From Anaeromyxobacter sp. (GTDB lineage: Bacteria; Myxococcota; Myxococcia; Myxococcales; Anaeromyxobacteraceae), in assembly GCA_049840735.1 (NCBI GenBank), contig JASGJN010000020.1:256001-320000 (forward strand): a stretch of DNA of 64,000 nt, written 5' to 3'. Both the position numbers and the translations under genes were made by a program. Shown here piece after piece: positions 47,698-58,813 of this stretch. The notes beneath the pieces were generated by a model. That model did not search any database, was not told the DNA's origin, and saw only the letters and a program-made list of their open reading frames with translations. Each line of letters starts with the position of its first letter. Position 1 is the first letter of the stretch.

Positions 47698-48752
47698 CGA
47701 TTCACCACGACGCGCCACAGGTGGAGCGCGATCTGGAGCAGGAGCCCGCCCACCATGAACGGGATCATCAGGCGGTAGAACAGCTGCACCATCCAGACCA
47801 GCGGCGCCTTCTCCGGCGTCGGCTGGTAGTGCGAGAGCCAGGCCTTGGGGAAGCTGGCGCTGGCGCCCTGGTGGCACTTGGCGCAGGTCTTCTGGAGGTT
47901 GGCGGCGATCACGGTCGAGCTCGGGTCGCCCGCCTTCTGGATGTCGTGCACACCGTGGCAGTCGGTGCAGCCCGCGGCCAGGCGGCCGCCGCCCTCGCGG
48001 CTGGCGCGGCCGCGCTGCAGCGTGGCGGACATGCCGTGGAAGTCGTTGAGGTAGGTGGAGACCACGTCGGGCGAGAGGCCGTACTTCTTCATCAGCTTCT
48101 CGTCGGAGTGGCAGCGGCCGCAGATGTCGGCGGTGCGCAGCGCCATCTGGCCGCCGCGGACGTCGATGGTGTCGTGCGCCCGGTGGCAGTCGGTGCAGAC
48201 CGGCACGTCCTCGTTCTTCTGGTCGAGGGCGCGGCCGTGCACGCTCTTCGCGAAGGCCTCGGCCTCCTCGAAGTGGCACTCGGCGCAGAGCTGGGCGATG
48301 CGGCCGCGCTCGTGCGGCCCGGCGACGGCGTGCGAGCCGTGGCAATCGACGCAGGTGGGCGCGCTGGTGTTCCCGGCCTCGGCCACCCGGTGGTGGACGC
48401 CGTCCAGGCTCTTCTTGAAGTTCTGGATATGGCAGGCCTTGCAGGCCTCCACGTGACGGCGGGTGAGATTGGCCGTGCCCTTGTAGGGCAGCGGCTTGCC
48501 GTCGGAGTGCTCGGTGGTCATGCCCACGTGGCACTGCACGCAGCTGACGGGCTGCTGCGCCTTGCCGTGGACCGAGCCACCGTAGGCGGCGGCGTCGACG
48601 GGCGCGAGCTTGAGCTCGCCGCCGCCGGCCAGCGTCGCGGACTGCTCGTCGGCGTGGCACATCAAGCAGTCATCGTTGGAGGGGTCGTCGGCGGCGGCCC
48701 AGCTGGGGCCTGCGGCGAGCGCGACGAGGAGCGGCAAGACCGATCGTCTCAT
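47694..48752 (-). CDS. Nine-heme cytochrome c with signal peptide and C-terminal TM anchor
   Basis: CLMCH, CVQCH, CKACH, CVDCH, CAECH, CTDCH, CGRCH, CTDCH and CAKCH. Confidence 0.92.
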   Translation of the reverse strand: MRRSVLPLLVALAAGPSWAAADDPSNDDCLMCHADEQSATLAGGGELKLAPVDAAAYGGSVHGKAQQPVSCVQCHVGMTTEHSDGKPLPYKGTANLTRRHVEACKACHIQNFKKSLDGVHHRVAEAGNTSAPTCVDCHGSHAVAGPHERGRIAQLCAECHFEEAEAFAKSVHGRALDQKNEDVPVCTDCHRAHDTIDVRGGQMALRTADICGRCHSDEKLMKKYGLSPDVVSTYLNDFHGMSATLQRGRASREGGGRLAAGCTDCHGVHDIQKAGDPSSTVIAANLQKTCAKCHQGASASFPKAWLSHYQPTPEKAPLVWMVQLFYRLMIPFMVGGLLLQIALHLWRVVVNR

Positions 48753-48878
48753 TGGGATCCACCTGGTGATGTCGGGCGCGTCAATCCGTACCAGGGTACG
48801 GTTGGCGCCTTGTTACCAGGGGCGGGCAAAATTGTCCAACCTCTAGACTATTGTAACTACGCGATAAATTTACGCGCT

Positions 48879-48892
48879 TTGCGCCCGATCAA
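48879..48892. promoter_or_regulatory. FNR/CRP-like box in the AT-rich region upstream of the nine-heme cytochrome
   Basis: TTGCG-CCCG-ATCAA matches 8 of 10 positions of TTGAT-N4-ATCAA. Confidence 0.4.
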
Positions 48893-49224
48893 TCACGTGT
48901 GAACGTCGCGCAAATCCAGCGCGAAACGCAGCCCTCCGCCCCGGCGGGGCAAATCACGCACCCACCGCCGCCATCTTGATCGCGATCATCCTCCGGCGCG
49001 CAGGCGCCGGGCCCGCGACGCGAGGAGACCTCGCGCGGCGGCGGCGGTGCTCCGGGCACCGGCCCGTAAGCGCTGCGGAACTCGGCGATCGGGTCCGCCT
49101 GGCCGGGCCGGCCGGAGCGGCGCTCCCCGCCCCCACCCTCGCACCCGCACGCACTCCCGGACGGCGCCGCCCGCCGGCGCCGGCGGTGGCCGGCGGGGCG
49201 GGCGGCGAAAGTCGTGCGGGGTGC

Positions 49225-49929
49225 TCAGGCCGGCCTGAGGAAGCTGTCCACCAGCTTGCGCCAGCCGTCCTCGCCCATCAGCCAGGGGGCCGGGGCCACC
49301 AGCGCCCCGCCGTCGGCCGCTGCGAGGCCGAGCCGCTCCTCCAGGAAGGAGGCGAAGCGGAGCGACTCACGCCGGGTGAACGCCTCGGCGACGTCGCCGG
49401 TGGGCAGGCCCAGCCACCCATCGCCGGCGGGCGTGAGCGCCGCCACCCAGCCGCCGGCCAGCCCGTCCCGCTTCACCAGCGCCGGGTCGCGCAGCACCGC
49501 GGCGTTGACGCCGGCCACCACCCCCGCCACCGGCGCGAGCAGCGGCACCGACCGCTCGCCGGCGTGGAGCAGCGCCACCGGCTCGCCCGCCTCGACCCGC
49601 GTGCCGGTCGCCACTGGCTCGACCGCCGTGACGCCGGGCAGCAGCTGCTGGGCGATGCCGTCCAGCCCCAGCTCCACCGTCCCGCCGCCCCGCGCCCGCA
49701 GCCACACGTGGCCGGGGGCCAGGTGGAGCGCCGGCCGGAAGGGCACGCCGGCCACCTCGCGCAGCCCCAGCCGCGCCTCCCGCCGCGCGGCGGCGGCCCG
49801 GATCACCGCGGCCACCGCGGCCACCGGGAGCCCCACCGCCAGGAGCGCCAGCAGCACCACCCCGAACCGCGCCCCCACGCCCAGCACGAACACCGCCGTC
49901 GCCTGGAGGATGTCGATCACGGCCTGCAT
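49225..49929 (-). CDS. Membrane-anchored GcvH-fold protein without a lipoyl lysine
   Basis: N-terminal TM and HVW..GLDG..APVAGVVAGVN..GWV. The lipoyl loop reads HAGERSV. C-terminal ADGG. Confidence 0.75.
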   Translation of the reverse strand: MQAVIDILQATAVFVLGVGARFGVVLLALLAVGLPVAAVAAVIRAAAARREARLGLREVAGVPFRPALHLAPGHVWLRARGGGTVELGLDGIAQQLLPGVTAVEPVATGTRVEAGEPVALLHAGERSVPLLAPVAGVVAGVNAAVLRDPALVKRDGLAGGWVAALTPAGDGWLGLPTGDVAEAFTRRESLRFASFLEERLGLAAADGGALVAPAPWLMGEDGWRKLVDSFLRPA

Positions 49930-49945
49930 GGCTGCCTCCTCTCCG

Positions 49946-50284
49946 TCACTCCGCGTGACACATGCTGCAGTCGTCGAGGCCGAACGCCTTCTTGCCGTCG
50001 TGGCAGGCGCCGCAGGCCTGGCCCTTCTCCATCTTCTCGTGGGTGATCCCCAGCGGCTGGGCGCCGCCCGAGCGCCCCAGGATCCCGAACGGCTGCGGGT
50101 GGCAGCCCAGGCAGCTGGGGTGGGCCCCGTCCACGTGCATGTCGTGGTTGAACGTCACCACGCCCGGGCTGTCCTTGGCCTGCACCAGCGCCTGCCCCTT
50201 GGGCAGGTTGGGCAGCTCGCCCGCCACCGCTCCGCCGGCCAGCAGCCCGGCCACCAGCACCCCCAGCGTCGTCTTGCGCGTCAT
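49946..50284 (-). CDS. Small triheme cytochrome c (c7-like)
   Basis: Signal peptide, FNHDMH, CLGCH, CGACH and CSMCH. Confidence 0.88.
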   Translation of the reverse strand: MTRKTTLGVLVAGLLAGGAVAGELPNLPKGQALVQAKDSPGVVTFNHDMHVDGAHPSCLGCHPQPFGILGRSGGAQPLGITHEKMEKGQACGACHDGKKAFGLDDCSMCHAE

Positions 50285-50300
50285 GGTCCGGTCTCCGGGC

Positions 50301-51032
50301 TCAGGTGAGGAAGAAGCCGCGCGCCAGCTCGTCCCAGTCGTCGCCGGCCAGCGCCTGCGCGATGCCGTGGACCGGCGCGCCGCCGTCCTGCAGCACCTGC
50401 CCGAGCTCCGGGCTGAGCCGGAGCGCCAGGCGCTCCGAGGCCTCGTCCAGCAGCCGGCGCGCGGGGGCGTCGGCGAGCAGCTGGCGCAGGTTGGCCGCCA
50501 GCCGCGGCGCCTTCACCTTGAACAGCCAGCCGGCGCCGTAGACGTCGGCCAGGGCCGCCGGGGCGTCCACCGCGGCCCGGTTCACCGCCACCACCGTGCC
50601 GTCGACCGGCGAGGCCAGCGCTACCGCCTTGTGGCCGTCGCCCAGCGAGAGGGCCGGGTCGCCCTGGGCCACGTGCGCGCCCAGCGCGGGCACCGTGACC
50701 TGGGCCGGGCCCACCAGCTTGTGGGCGAAGTCGTCCACGCCCACCGTCACCAGGCCGTCGGCCTCCAGCCGCGCCCAGGTGTGGCCCGGGTGCAGGTGGA
50801 CGCCGGCCGGGATCTGGAACCAGCCCGGGAGCGCAGCGGCGCGCGGGGCGGCGGGGCGGGCCGGGGTGGCCGCGGCGCGCGGGACCTCGGCGGCGGCCGT
50901 GGCCGCGACCGGCTGCGGCCGGCCGCCCTGCACGTAGCGCCAGAACGGGATGAAGAGCAGCAGGTAGGTGACCGCGAGCCCGTACTCCATCAGCTTCGCG
51001 GGGTAGACCGAGAGCAGGTCGAAGTGGTTCAT
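50301..51032 (-). CDS. Membrane-anchored GcvH-fold protein with a non-canonical lipoyl loop
   Basis: N-terminal TM and HTWAR..VGVDDFA..SPVDGTVVAVN..DVYGAGWLF. The loop reads GDGHKAV instead of ESVKAA. C-terminal QDGG. Confidence 0.8.
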   Translation of the reverse strand: MNHFDLLSVYPAKLMEYGLAVTYLLLFIPFWRYVQGGRPQPVAATAAAEVPRAAATPARPAAPRAAALPGWFQIPAGVHLHPGHTWARLEADGLVTVGVDDFAHKLVGPAQVTVPALGAHVAQGDPALSLGDGHKAVALASPVDGTVVAVNRAAVDAPAALADVYGAGWLFKVKAPRLAANLRQLLADAPARRLLDEASERLALRLSPELGQVLQDGGAPVHGIAQALAGDDWDELARGFFLT

Positions 51033-51042
51033 GGCGTCCTCC

Positions 51043-52261
51043 TCACCCGTGATCCGCGAAGCGGGGGTCCTCGCGGAGGATGGGCATGCGGTTCACGATC
51101 CAGCGGAAGGCCAGCACGCCGACGGTGACCAGCGTGACGGAGACCCAGATCTCCATCCAGCTCGGCACGTAGCGGACCGGCGCCTGCCAGTTGAGGGCCA
51201 CGATGGAGACGTTGAGCCGGTTGAGCGCGATCCCGATCACGCCCAGCACGCCGGCCACGCGCACCACCCTGACCCGGCCGTTGCGCGCGCCCCAGGCGAA
51301 GAGCAGCGAGGGGAGCAGCACGAAGCCGAGGATCTCGACCAGGAACCAGGCGCCCATGGGCGTGGCCAGCAGGGGCCAGGCGTGGCCGTCGATGACGCCC
51401 TGCAGCTTCAGGAAGAAGTAGGCGAACATCACCAGCGCGCCGGCCTTGCCCAGCCCCAGCGTGAGCCTGTCCACGTCCACGTGGTGGCCCGCCACCTGGC
51501 TGGCGAAGATCCGGTGCGAGAGCGCGCTCTCCACCACCACCATGCAGATGCCGGCGATGATCGCGGAGATGAAGAAGAAGATGAAGATGTAGGGCGTGTA
51601 CCAGAGCGGGTGGAGCTTGGTCGGCATGAGCAGGAAGAGCGAGCCCAGGGCCGACTGGTGCATGGTCGAGAAGATGACCGAGAGCACCGTGAGCGCGATG
51701 AGGATCTTCTTCCAGGGGCGCCACCAGCCGCCGCCAGCCCAGCCACTCGAAGAAGGACAGCGCGAACTCGAGGAAGAGGACGCTCGAGTAGCACATCACG
51801 CACCAGGCGACCTCGAAGAGGACCGAGGCGGTGCCGAAGTTCACGATGGCCATCACGATGTTCCAGGGGCGGCCCAGGTCGGCCAGGAGGCCGACGATGG
51901 CGATCACGTAGCCGAGGAAGGCGGTCAGGATCGCCGGCCGCTCGATGGGGTGGTAGGCCTTGAGCCCGAAGAGCTGGACGGTGGCGCCGATGGTGAAGCC
52001 GCCGGCCGCCAGCACGATCCCGGTCATCATGTCGAACCCGATCCAGAGGCCCCAGGGGGCGGTCTGGGAGAGGTTCGTGGTGGCGCCCAGGCCCACTGCG
52101 AACCGCACCACCAGGATGGGCAGGCCGACCGCCAGGATCACGGCGGCCACGGCGTTGAAGGGCGTGATTCAGCGTGCGGAGGTACTCGCGGAGCCCCATC
52201 CCCAGCAGGATTTCTCGCGGAAGAACGTGGACGGTGCCGCGGCGGCGGTCGCGCTAGCCAT
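51043..52261 (-). CDS. NrfD/HybB-family polytopic membrane protein (three frameshifts near 52211, 52168 and 51716)
   Basis: TNLS..PWGLWIGFD, LAAGGF, DLGRPW, FEVAWC and STMHQSALGSLF..KLHPLW. Confidence 0.88.
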
Positions 52262-53153
52262 GGTGATCCTCCTTCGCGGCCGGCGCGTGGGACTGGCCGT
52301 CCACCTCGTCGCGGCGCTTCGAGAACGCGTAGAGCCCCATCAGCAGCGGGGGCCACAGGGTCATCACGAACGGCGGTGCGCCCAGCGCGCCGGAGACCAG
52401 CTCCGGGAACGCCTTGCCCGGCACGTCGGTCCGCAGGGCCAGCTGGCCCAGGTCGACGTCGGACAGGTAGAGCCAGCTGGTGCCGCCGGCCTCCTCCTCG
52501 CCGTAGACGTGGTGCAGGTAGCGGCCCGGGTTGGTGTAGATGCGGGTCTTGGCCACCTCGAGCAGCTCGCCGCGCTTGCCGAAGGTGAGCGCGCCGGAGG
52601 GGCAGACCTCGGTGCAGGCCGGCGGGAGCCCCTGCGCCTGCCGCGGCGCACAGAACGTGCACTTGCGGACGCGCGGGGCGTTGCTGGCGTACTCGTACTT
52701 GGGGACGTCGAACGGGCAGGCCAGCATGCAGTACCGGCAGCCCATGCACTTGCTGGCGTCGTAGACCACCGGCCCGCTGGGCAGCTTGTCCATGGCGCGG
52801 ACCGGGCAGGCCGAGGCGCAGGCGGGCGCGAGGCAGTGCATGCACTGCTTCTTGGCGAAGCGCTCCTCGCCCCCCGCCTTCTCGGTCCGGTTCACCACCG
52901 TGAAGGCCTGCTCGCTGGTGTCCCGCCGCTGCCGCATGACCGCGTCGTCGGGCGGCGGCGCCGGCAGCTGGTTGGCCTCGGCGCACGCCGCCTCGCAGCC
53001 GCGGCAGCCGACGCACAGGGTGGTGTCGACCAGCACGCCCGGTCCATCCGCGGGCGCGCCGTGTTCCGGGGTGGAGGCGGCCGCGGCCGCGGCGCCGGCG
53101 GCGCCTGCGGTCGCGACGGCGATTCTGAAGAACCCTCTGCGTCCGATCTGCAT
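52254..53153 (-). CDS. HybA/NrfC-like 4x[4Fe-4S] protein with Tat signal
   Basis: GRRGFF, CVGCRGCEAAC, CMHCLAPACASACP, CMGCRYCMLACP, KCTFC..CTEVCP and a C-terminal TM. Confidence 0.92.
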   Translation of the reverse strand: MQIGRRGFFRIAVATAGAAGAAAAAASTPEHGAPADGPGVLVDTTLCVGCRGCEAACAEANQLPAPPPDDAVMRQRRDTSEQAFTVVNRTEKAGGEERFAKKQCMHCLAPACASACPVRAMDKLPSGPVVYDASKCMGCRYCMLACPFDVPKYEYASNAPRVRKCTFCAPRQAQGLPPACTEVCPSGALTFGKRGELLEVAKTRIYTNPGRYLHHVYGEEEAGGTSWLYLSDVDLGQLALRTDVPGKAFPELVSGALGAPPFVMTLWPPLLMGLYAFSKRRDEVDGQSHAPAAKEDHHG

Positions 53154-53167
53154 GGCGGTCTCCGGCC

Positions 53168-53245
53168 CTAGCTGCGGGCGGCCATCAGGTTCAGCGTCCC
53201 GAGCACCGCGACACCGACCAGCGCGACGGCGAATGCGAACATCAT
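53168..53245 (-). CDS. 25-aa single-TM peptide (unannotated small protein)
   Basis: GAAAGGAGG SD, ATGA overlap with the upstream stop, sequence MMFAFAVALVGVAVLGTLNLMAARS*. Confidence 0.6.
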   Translation of the reverse strand: MMFAFAVALVGVAVLGTLNLMAARS

Positions 53246-53463
53246 GGCGTGCCTCCTTTCGACAGCTCCGGGGTGAGATGCGAGTCCGCGTCCGCCGACC
53301 GCTCCACGCGCTGCCGGGCCTCGCGGTAGGCGGGGCACGACTCGAAGCCGCAGGCGGCCTCGCAGCTGTTGGCGGTGGTGACCTGGTCGAGCGGGACGAG
53401 CTTCTTGACCGGGTAGGCGCGGCAGAAGACCATCCGGATTTCCTTGAAGTACGGGCAGGTCAT
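53242..53463 (-). CDS. Small Cys-rich protein (73 aa)
   Basis: AGGAGGAG SD, MTCPY...FC...SCEAAC...CPAY. First gene after a sigma54 promoter. Confidence 0.7.
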   Translation of the reverse strand: MTCPYFKEIRMVFCRAYPVKKLVPLDQVTTANSCEAACGFESCPAYREARQRVERSADADSHLTPELSKGGTP

Positions 53464-53490
53464 CGGCCGCTCCTCCTGCCCTTCACAAGG

Positions 53491-53505
53491 GCAAGCGCCG
53501 GGCCA
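53491..53505 (-). promoter_or_regulatory. sigma54 promoter for the hybAB-like operon
   Basis: Minus strand TGGCCC-GGCGC-TTGC, 27 nt before the first ATG. Confidence 0.7.
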
Positions 53506-53959
53506 GCGCAGCGCTGCGGCGCGGCCTGCTCCGAAAGCGCGGGACGTGGCGCTGGGTTAGGTGGGCTGGGCGCCCGGGGTGCGCCGCCGAGGCAACCCCG
53601 GACAGAGCGTCGGGCGCGGAGAGATCCTCAGCAGCGGGCTGGACCGCGCTCCACCGGATGCGCCGTGGTTGCAGCCACTTGCGCGGCGGCCGGGCGGGTC
53701 GAAGAGAATCTCGACACCGTCGACATCCTCAGCACGCGCGGGAGCGCGCAGCTGGGGGAGGTCGAAGGACGTGGGAATCACGCTGCAGGGGCCGGCAGCG
53801 CCGGACTCGCGTGCAAGACGGGCCTCACGGCGGCGGTCAGCCGCGCCGAGGCTGCAGCCGGACCCCGGGAAGTCAGGCCCATGGCCTCACGCGAGGCAAC
53901 GCCCGTCCTGAGGCCTGGGGCCTACCCCTCGGCTGCCCTCGCGCACGAGGGCGCCGCGC

Positions 53960-55338
<1,379 letters not shown>

Positions 55339-55342
<4 letters not shown>

Positions 55343-55881
55343 GGCCACGCTCCTCCAGCGAGTTCTCCGAGCCGCGCGCAGCACTCGCCGCACAGCCTGG
55401 CTTCCTTGTCGTCCACGTCGCGCACGCCGGCGGAGCGGGACATCACGCACGCGGCGGTGGCGCAGTGCACCAGCCCGAAGGCGTGCCCGACCTCGTGCAC
55501 GGCCTCCTTGGCCAGCCGCTCCTCCAGCAGGTCCGGCCCCATCACGTCCACGTCCTCGAGCAGCCGCGCCGTGGAGACCACCGCCGCCGCGCCGCCCAGC
55601 TGCGCCTCGCCGAAGACGTAGGTGAGGATGGGGATGAAGAGGTCGCGGTCGGTGACCCCCAGCACCTTGCCGGCGCGCGGGCCGGCGTCCAGCAGCCACT
55701 GCAGGATCGCCTTCGAGGCGTGCTGCCTGCGCCTCGGATCGTAGGCGTGCAGCGGCCGCGCGGGCGAGCTCCAGCGGCGCACCGGCCGCCGGAACGCGTC
55801 CGCCAGGTGGACGGCGACGTGGGTGAGCAGGGCCTGATCCGGCTCCGCCTCCCCGATCCACCAGATGAAGATGGGCTCCAT
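55339..55881 (-). CDS. Archaemetzincin-family (M54) zinc protease
   Basis: YVFGEA, KEAVHEVGHAFGLVHC....CVM and LCGEC. Confidence 0.88.
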
Positions 55882-57634
55882 TCATCCCCGCCCCGTCGCC
55901 TCGCCGTCCGCACCGGCCGGCCGGGCCGGGAGCCGGAAGGCCACCCGCGTCCCCACCCCCATCTCGCTCCTGAGATCGACGGTCCCGCCGTGGCGCTCCA
56001 CGATGCCGTAGACCACCGAGAGGCCCAGGCCGGTGCCGCGCTCCTTGGTGGTGAAGAAGGGATCGAAGATCTTGGAGAGGTGGTCGGGCGGGATGCCCGG
56101 GCCGCTGTCGGCGAACGCCACCTCCACCTGCCCGTCCGCCAGCACGCCGGTGGTCACGGCGAGGACCCCGCCGCGCCCCATGGCCTCGCAGGCGTTCATC
56201 ACCACGTTGACGCAGGCCTGCCGCAGCTGTCCGAAGTCGCCCGCCACCGCCGGCACCGGCGCGCGCGCCCGCTCCAGCCGGACGCCCTGGATGTTGATCT
56301 GGTTGGCCAGCAGCTGCAGCGCCTCCTCCACCACCGCGTTCAGGTCCACGTCCTTGACGCTGAGCGGCCGCTCGCGCGCGAAGTCGAGCAGGTTGCGGAC
56401 GATGGCGCTGCAGCGCTCGGTCTCGCGCTGCACCAGCAGCAGGTGGTCGATGAGCTTGCGGCGGGTGGCGTCGTCCGGCGGCCCGCCGTCCAGGGTGCGG
56501 ACGATCAGCTTGGCGAAGGTGAGGATGCCGGCCAGCGGGTTGTTGATCTCGTGGGCGATGGACGCGGAGAGCTTGCCCAGCGAGGAGAGCTTCTCCGAGC
56601 GGACCAGCTGGTCCTGGGCGGCCCGCAACGCCGCGGTCCGGTCCTGGACCTGCTTCTCCAGGCTGGACATGAGCGCGTCCAGCTCGCGCCGCGCGTGGCG
56701 GAGCGAGCGGATCATGTCGTTGAAGGAGGCGGCCAGGAGCCCCAGCTCGCCGGTCCAGGTGACGGGGATTCTCCAGCTCCAGCTGCTCGCGCGCCACCCG
56801 GCGCGTGGCCTGCACCAGGGCCGCCACCGGCCGCATGACGTGCCGCCGGGCGAAGAACCAGACGAACAGCCCCAGCAGCGCCGCCGCGACGCCCGCCGCG
56901 GCCAGGCTGCGCCAGCGGAAGGTCCGCGCCTCGGCGTCGAGCCGCGCCAGCGACACGCTCACGTCCAGCACGCCCAGGACCTGCTGCCCGGCGGGGTGGG
57001 CGTGGCAGGCGGCGGTGGAGCAGGAGGGCGCGTTCAGGATGGGCGTGACGATGCCCAGCACGCGGTGGTCGCCGGCCTGGAAGACGCGGCTGCGATCGGC
57101 CAGGTCGAGGTGGCCGAGCGGCTCGCCCTCGGCGTGGCAGCCCCAGCACGCCTCGGCGCGCCGGTCCACCAGGCGCCCGGCCTCGCCCGGGGTGGTCGAG
57201 AAGGTGATCCGCCCGCCCCCGTCCATCATGCGGATCCGCTCGATGCCGGGCTGGCGGGCGATGTCCTCCATGATGGCGTAGGCGTCCGGCCGCCGGTCCT
57301 GCAGCATGGCCCGGTCGAGCGAGTTGCGGACCGTGTTGCTGAGCAGGTCGGACTCGCCCACCACCTGCGTCAGCAGGTGGCGCTGGACGGCCAGCTCGGC
57401 CGCGAAGAAGGCGGCCACCGTGGCGAGCGCCAGCAGGCCGGTCATGGCGAAGAGGCGCGTGGAGAGGCGCTGCCGCCAGGGGATGTCCAGGCCGAGCTGG
57501 TCGACCGAGGCCGGCGCGATGGCCCGCGCCAGCCGGTCCAGCGCCAGCGCCTCCTCAGGGAGGCGAGCCTCGGGGCCGGGGCCGGCCTGGCCCGGTCGGG
57601 GCGGCTGCGGGGCGGATGGGTTCGGCGAGGCCAT
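55882..57634 (-). CDS. Membrane sensor histidine kinase with periplasmic CxxCH and Cx4CH motifs (frameshift at 56767-56771)
   Basis: CWGCH, CSTAACH, HAMP domain, AHEINNPL, NACEA and FFTTK..GTGLGL. Confidence 0.9.
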
Positions 57635-57870
57635 GCGGTTCTCCGGTGGAGACGGCCTGCGCGATGCAGCTATCTGGTGCGACCTCTACGCCCCTCTACG
57701 CTGCGGTTCATTGCCGGCGGTCAAGCACCGTCGAGAAACTCCGCGCACCACTGCTGAGCCCTTTCACAAGCTCCGGCTCCACCTGCGGCGGGATCGCGCA
57801 GTCGCTGTGGAGGGAGCGGCGAGGTGCGTAGGTTGACCACCGGGCGGGTCCTGCTACCCTCCCCGGTCCC

Positions 57871-58731
57871 GTGACCGAGCCCCGCGCCATCCTCCTCGTC
57901 CAGTGCCCCGACCGCCCCGGCATCGTGGCGGCCATCTCCTCGTTCCTGCACCGCCACGGGGCCAACATCATCGACTTCGAGCAGCACACCTCCGAGGACG
58001 AGGGTGGCGTCTACTTCACCCGGCTGGAGTTCCAGATCGGCCGGCTGGACCTGCCGCTGGACGACCTGCAGGCGGCCTTCGCGCTGGACGTGGCCAAGCC
58101 GTTCGGCATGTCCTGGCGGCTGGCGCTCTCGTCGGTGCGCAAGCGGATGGCGGTGCTGGTCTCGAAGCACGACCACGCGCTGCTGGAGCTGCTCTGGACC
58201 TGGAAGCGCGGCGACCTGCGCGCCGACATCGGCCTGGTCGTCTCCAACCACGCCGACCTGCAGGCCTCGGTCGAGTCCTTCGGCGTGCCCTTCGTGCACG
58301 TGCCCAACAGCAAGGAGATCCGCGCCCAGTCCGAGGCCCGCATCTCCGAGCTGGTGGACGGGAAGTTCGACCTGCTGGTGCTCGCCCGCTACATGCAGAT
58401 CGTCTCGCCCGAGCTGGTGGCGCGCTGGCCGGAGCGGATCATCAACATCCATCACTCCTTCCTCCCCGCCTTCATCGGCGCCGATCCGTACCGCCAGGCC
58501 TACGACCGCGGCGTGAAGGTGGTCGGCGCCACGGCCCACTACGTGACCCCGGAGCTGGACGCCGGCCCCATCATCGAGCAGGACGTGGGGCGCGTGTCCC
58601 ACCGCGACGCGGTGGAGGACCTGAAGGCGCTGGGGCGCGACCTGGAGCGGCGGGTGCTGGCGCGCGCGGTGCGCTGGCACTGCGAGGACCGCGTCATCGT
58701 CCACGGCAACAAGACGGTCGTGTTCCAGTGA
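57871..58731 (+). CDS. purU: Formyltetrahydrofolate deformylase
   Basis: CPDRPGIV, LARYMQI, INIHHSFLPAF and GATAHYVT..LDAGPIIEQ. Confidence 0.95.
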   Translation: MTEPRAILLVQCPDRPGIVAAISSFLHRHGANIIDFEQHTSEDEGGVYFTRLEFQIGRLDLPLDDLQAAFALDVAKPFGMSWRLALSSVRKRMAVLVSKHDHALLELLWTWKRGDLRADIGLVVSNHADLQASVESFGVPFVHVPNSKEIRAQSEARISELVDGKFDLLVLARYMQIVSPELVARWPERIINIHHSFLPAFIGADPYRQAYDRGVKVVGATAHYVTPELDAGPIIEQDVGRVSHRDAVEDLKALGRDLERRVLARAVRWHCEDRVIVHGNKTVVFQ

Positions 58732-58813
58732 CGAGGGGCTGAGTCCCCTCAACCTGCAGTCTTCCCCCCTCGCGGGACCTGCGCGAGCCCTGCCCGCCCG
58801 GCCAGATCCGGGC

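Noticed and set aside
51043..53153. A hydrogenase-2 (hyb) operon
   Set aside because: No small or large NiFe subunit or maturation genes are in the window, so hybA and hybB symbols were withheld.
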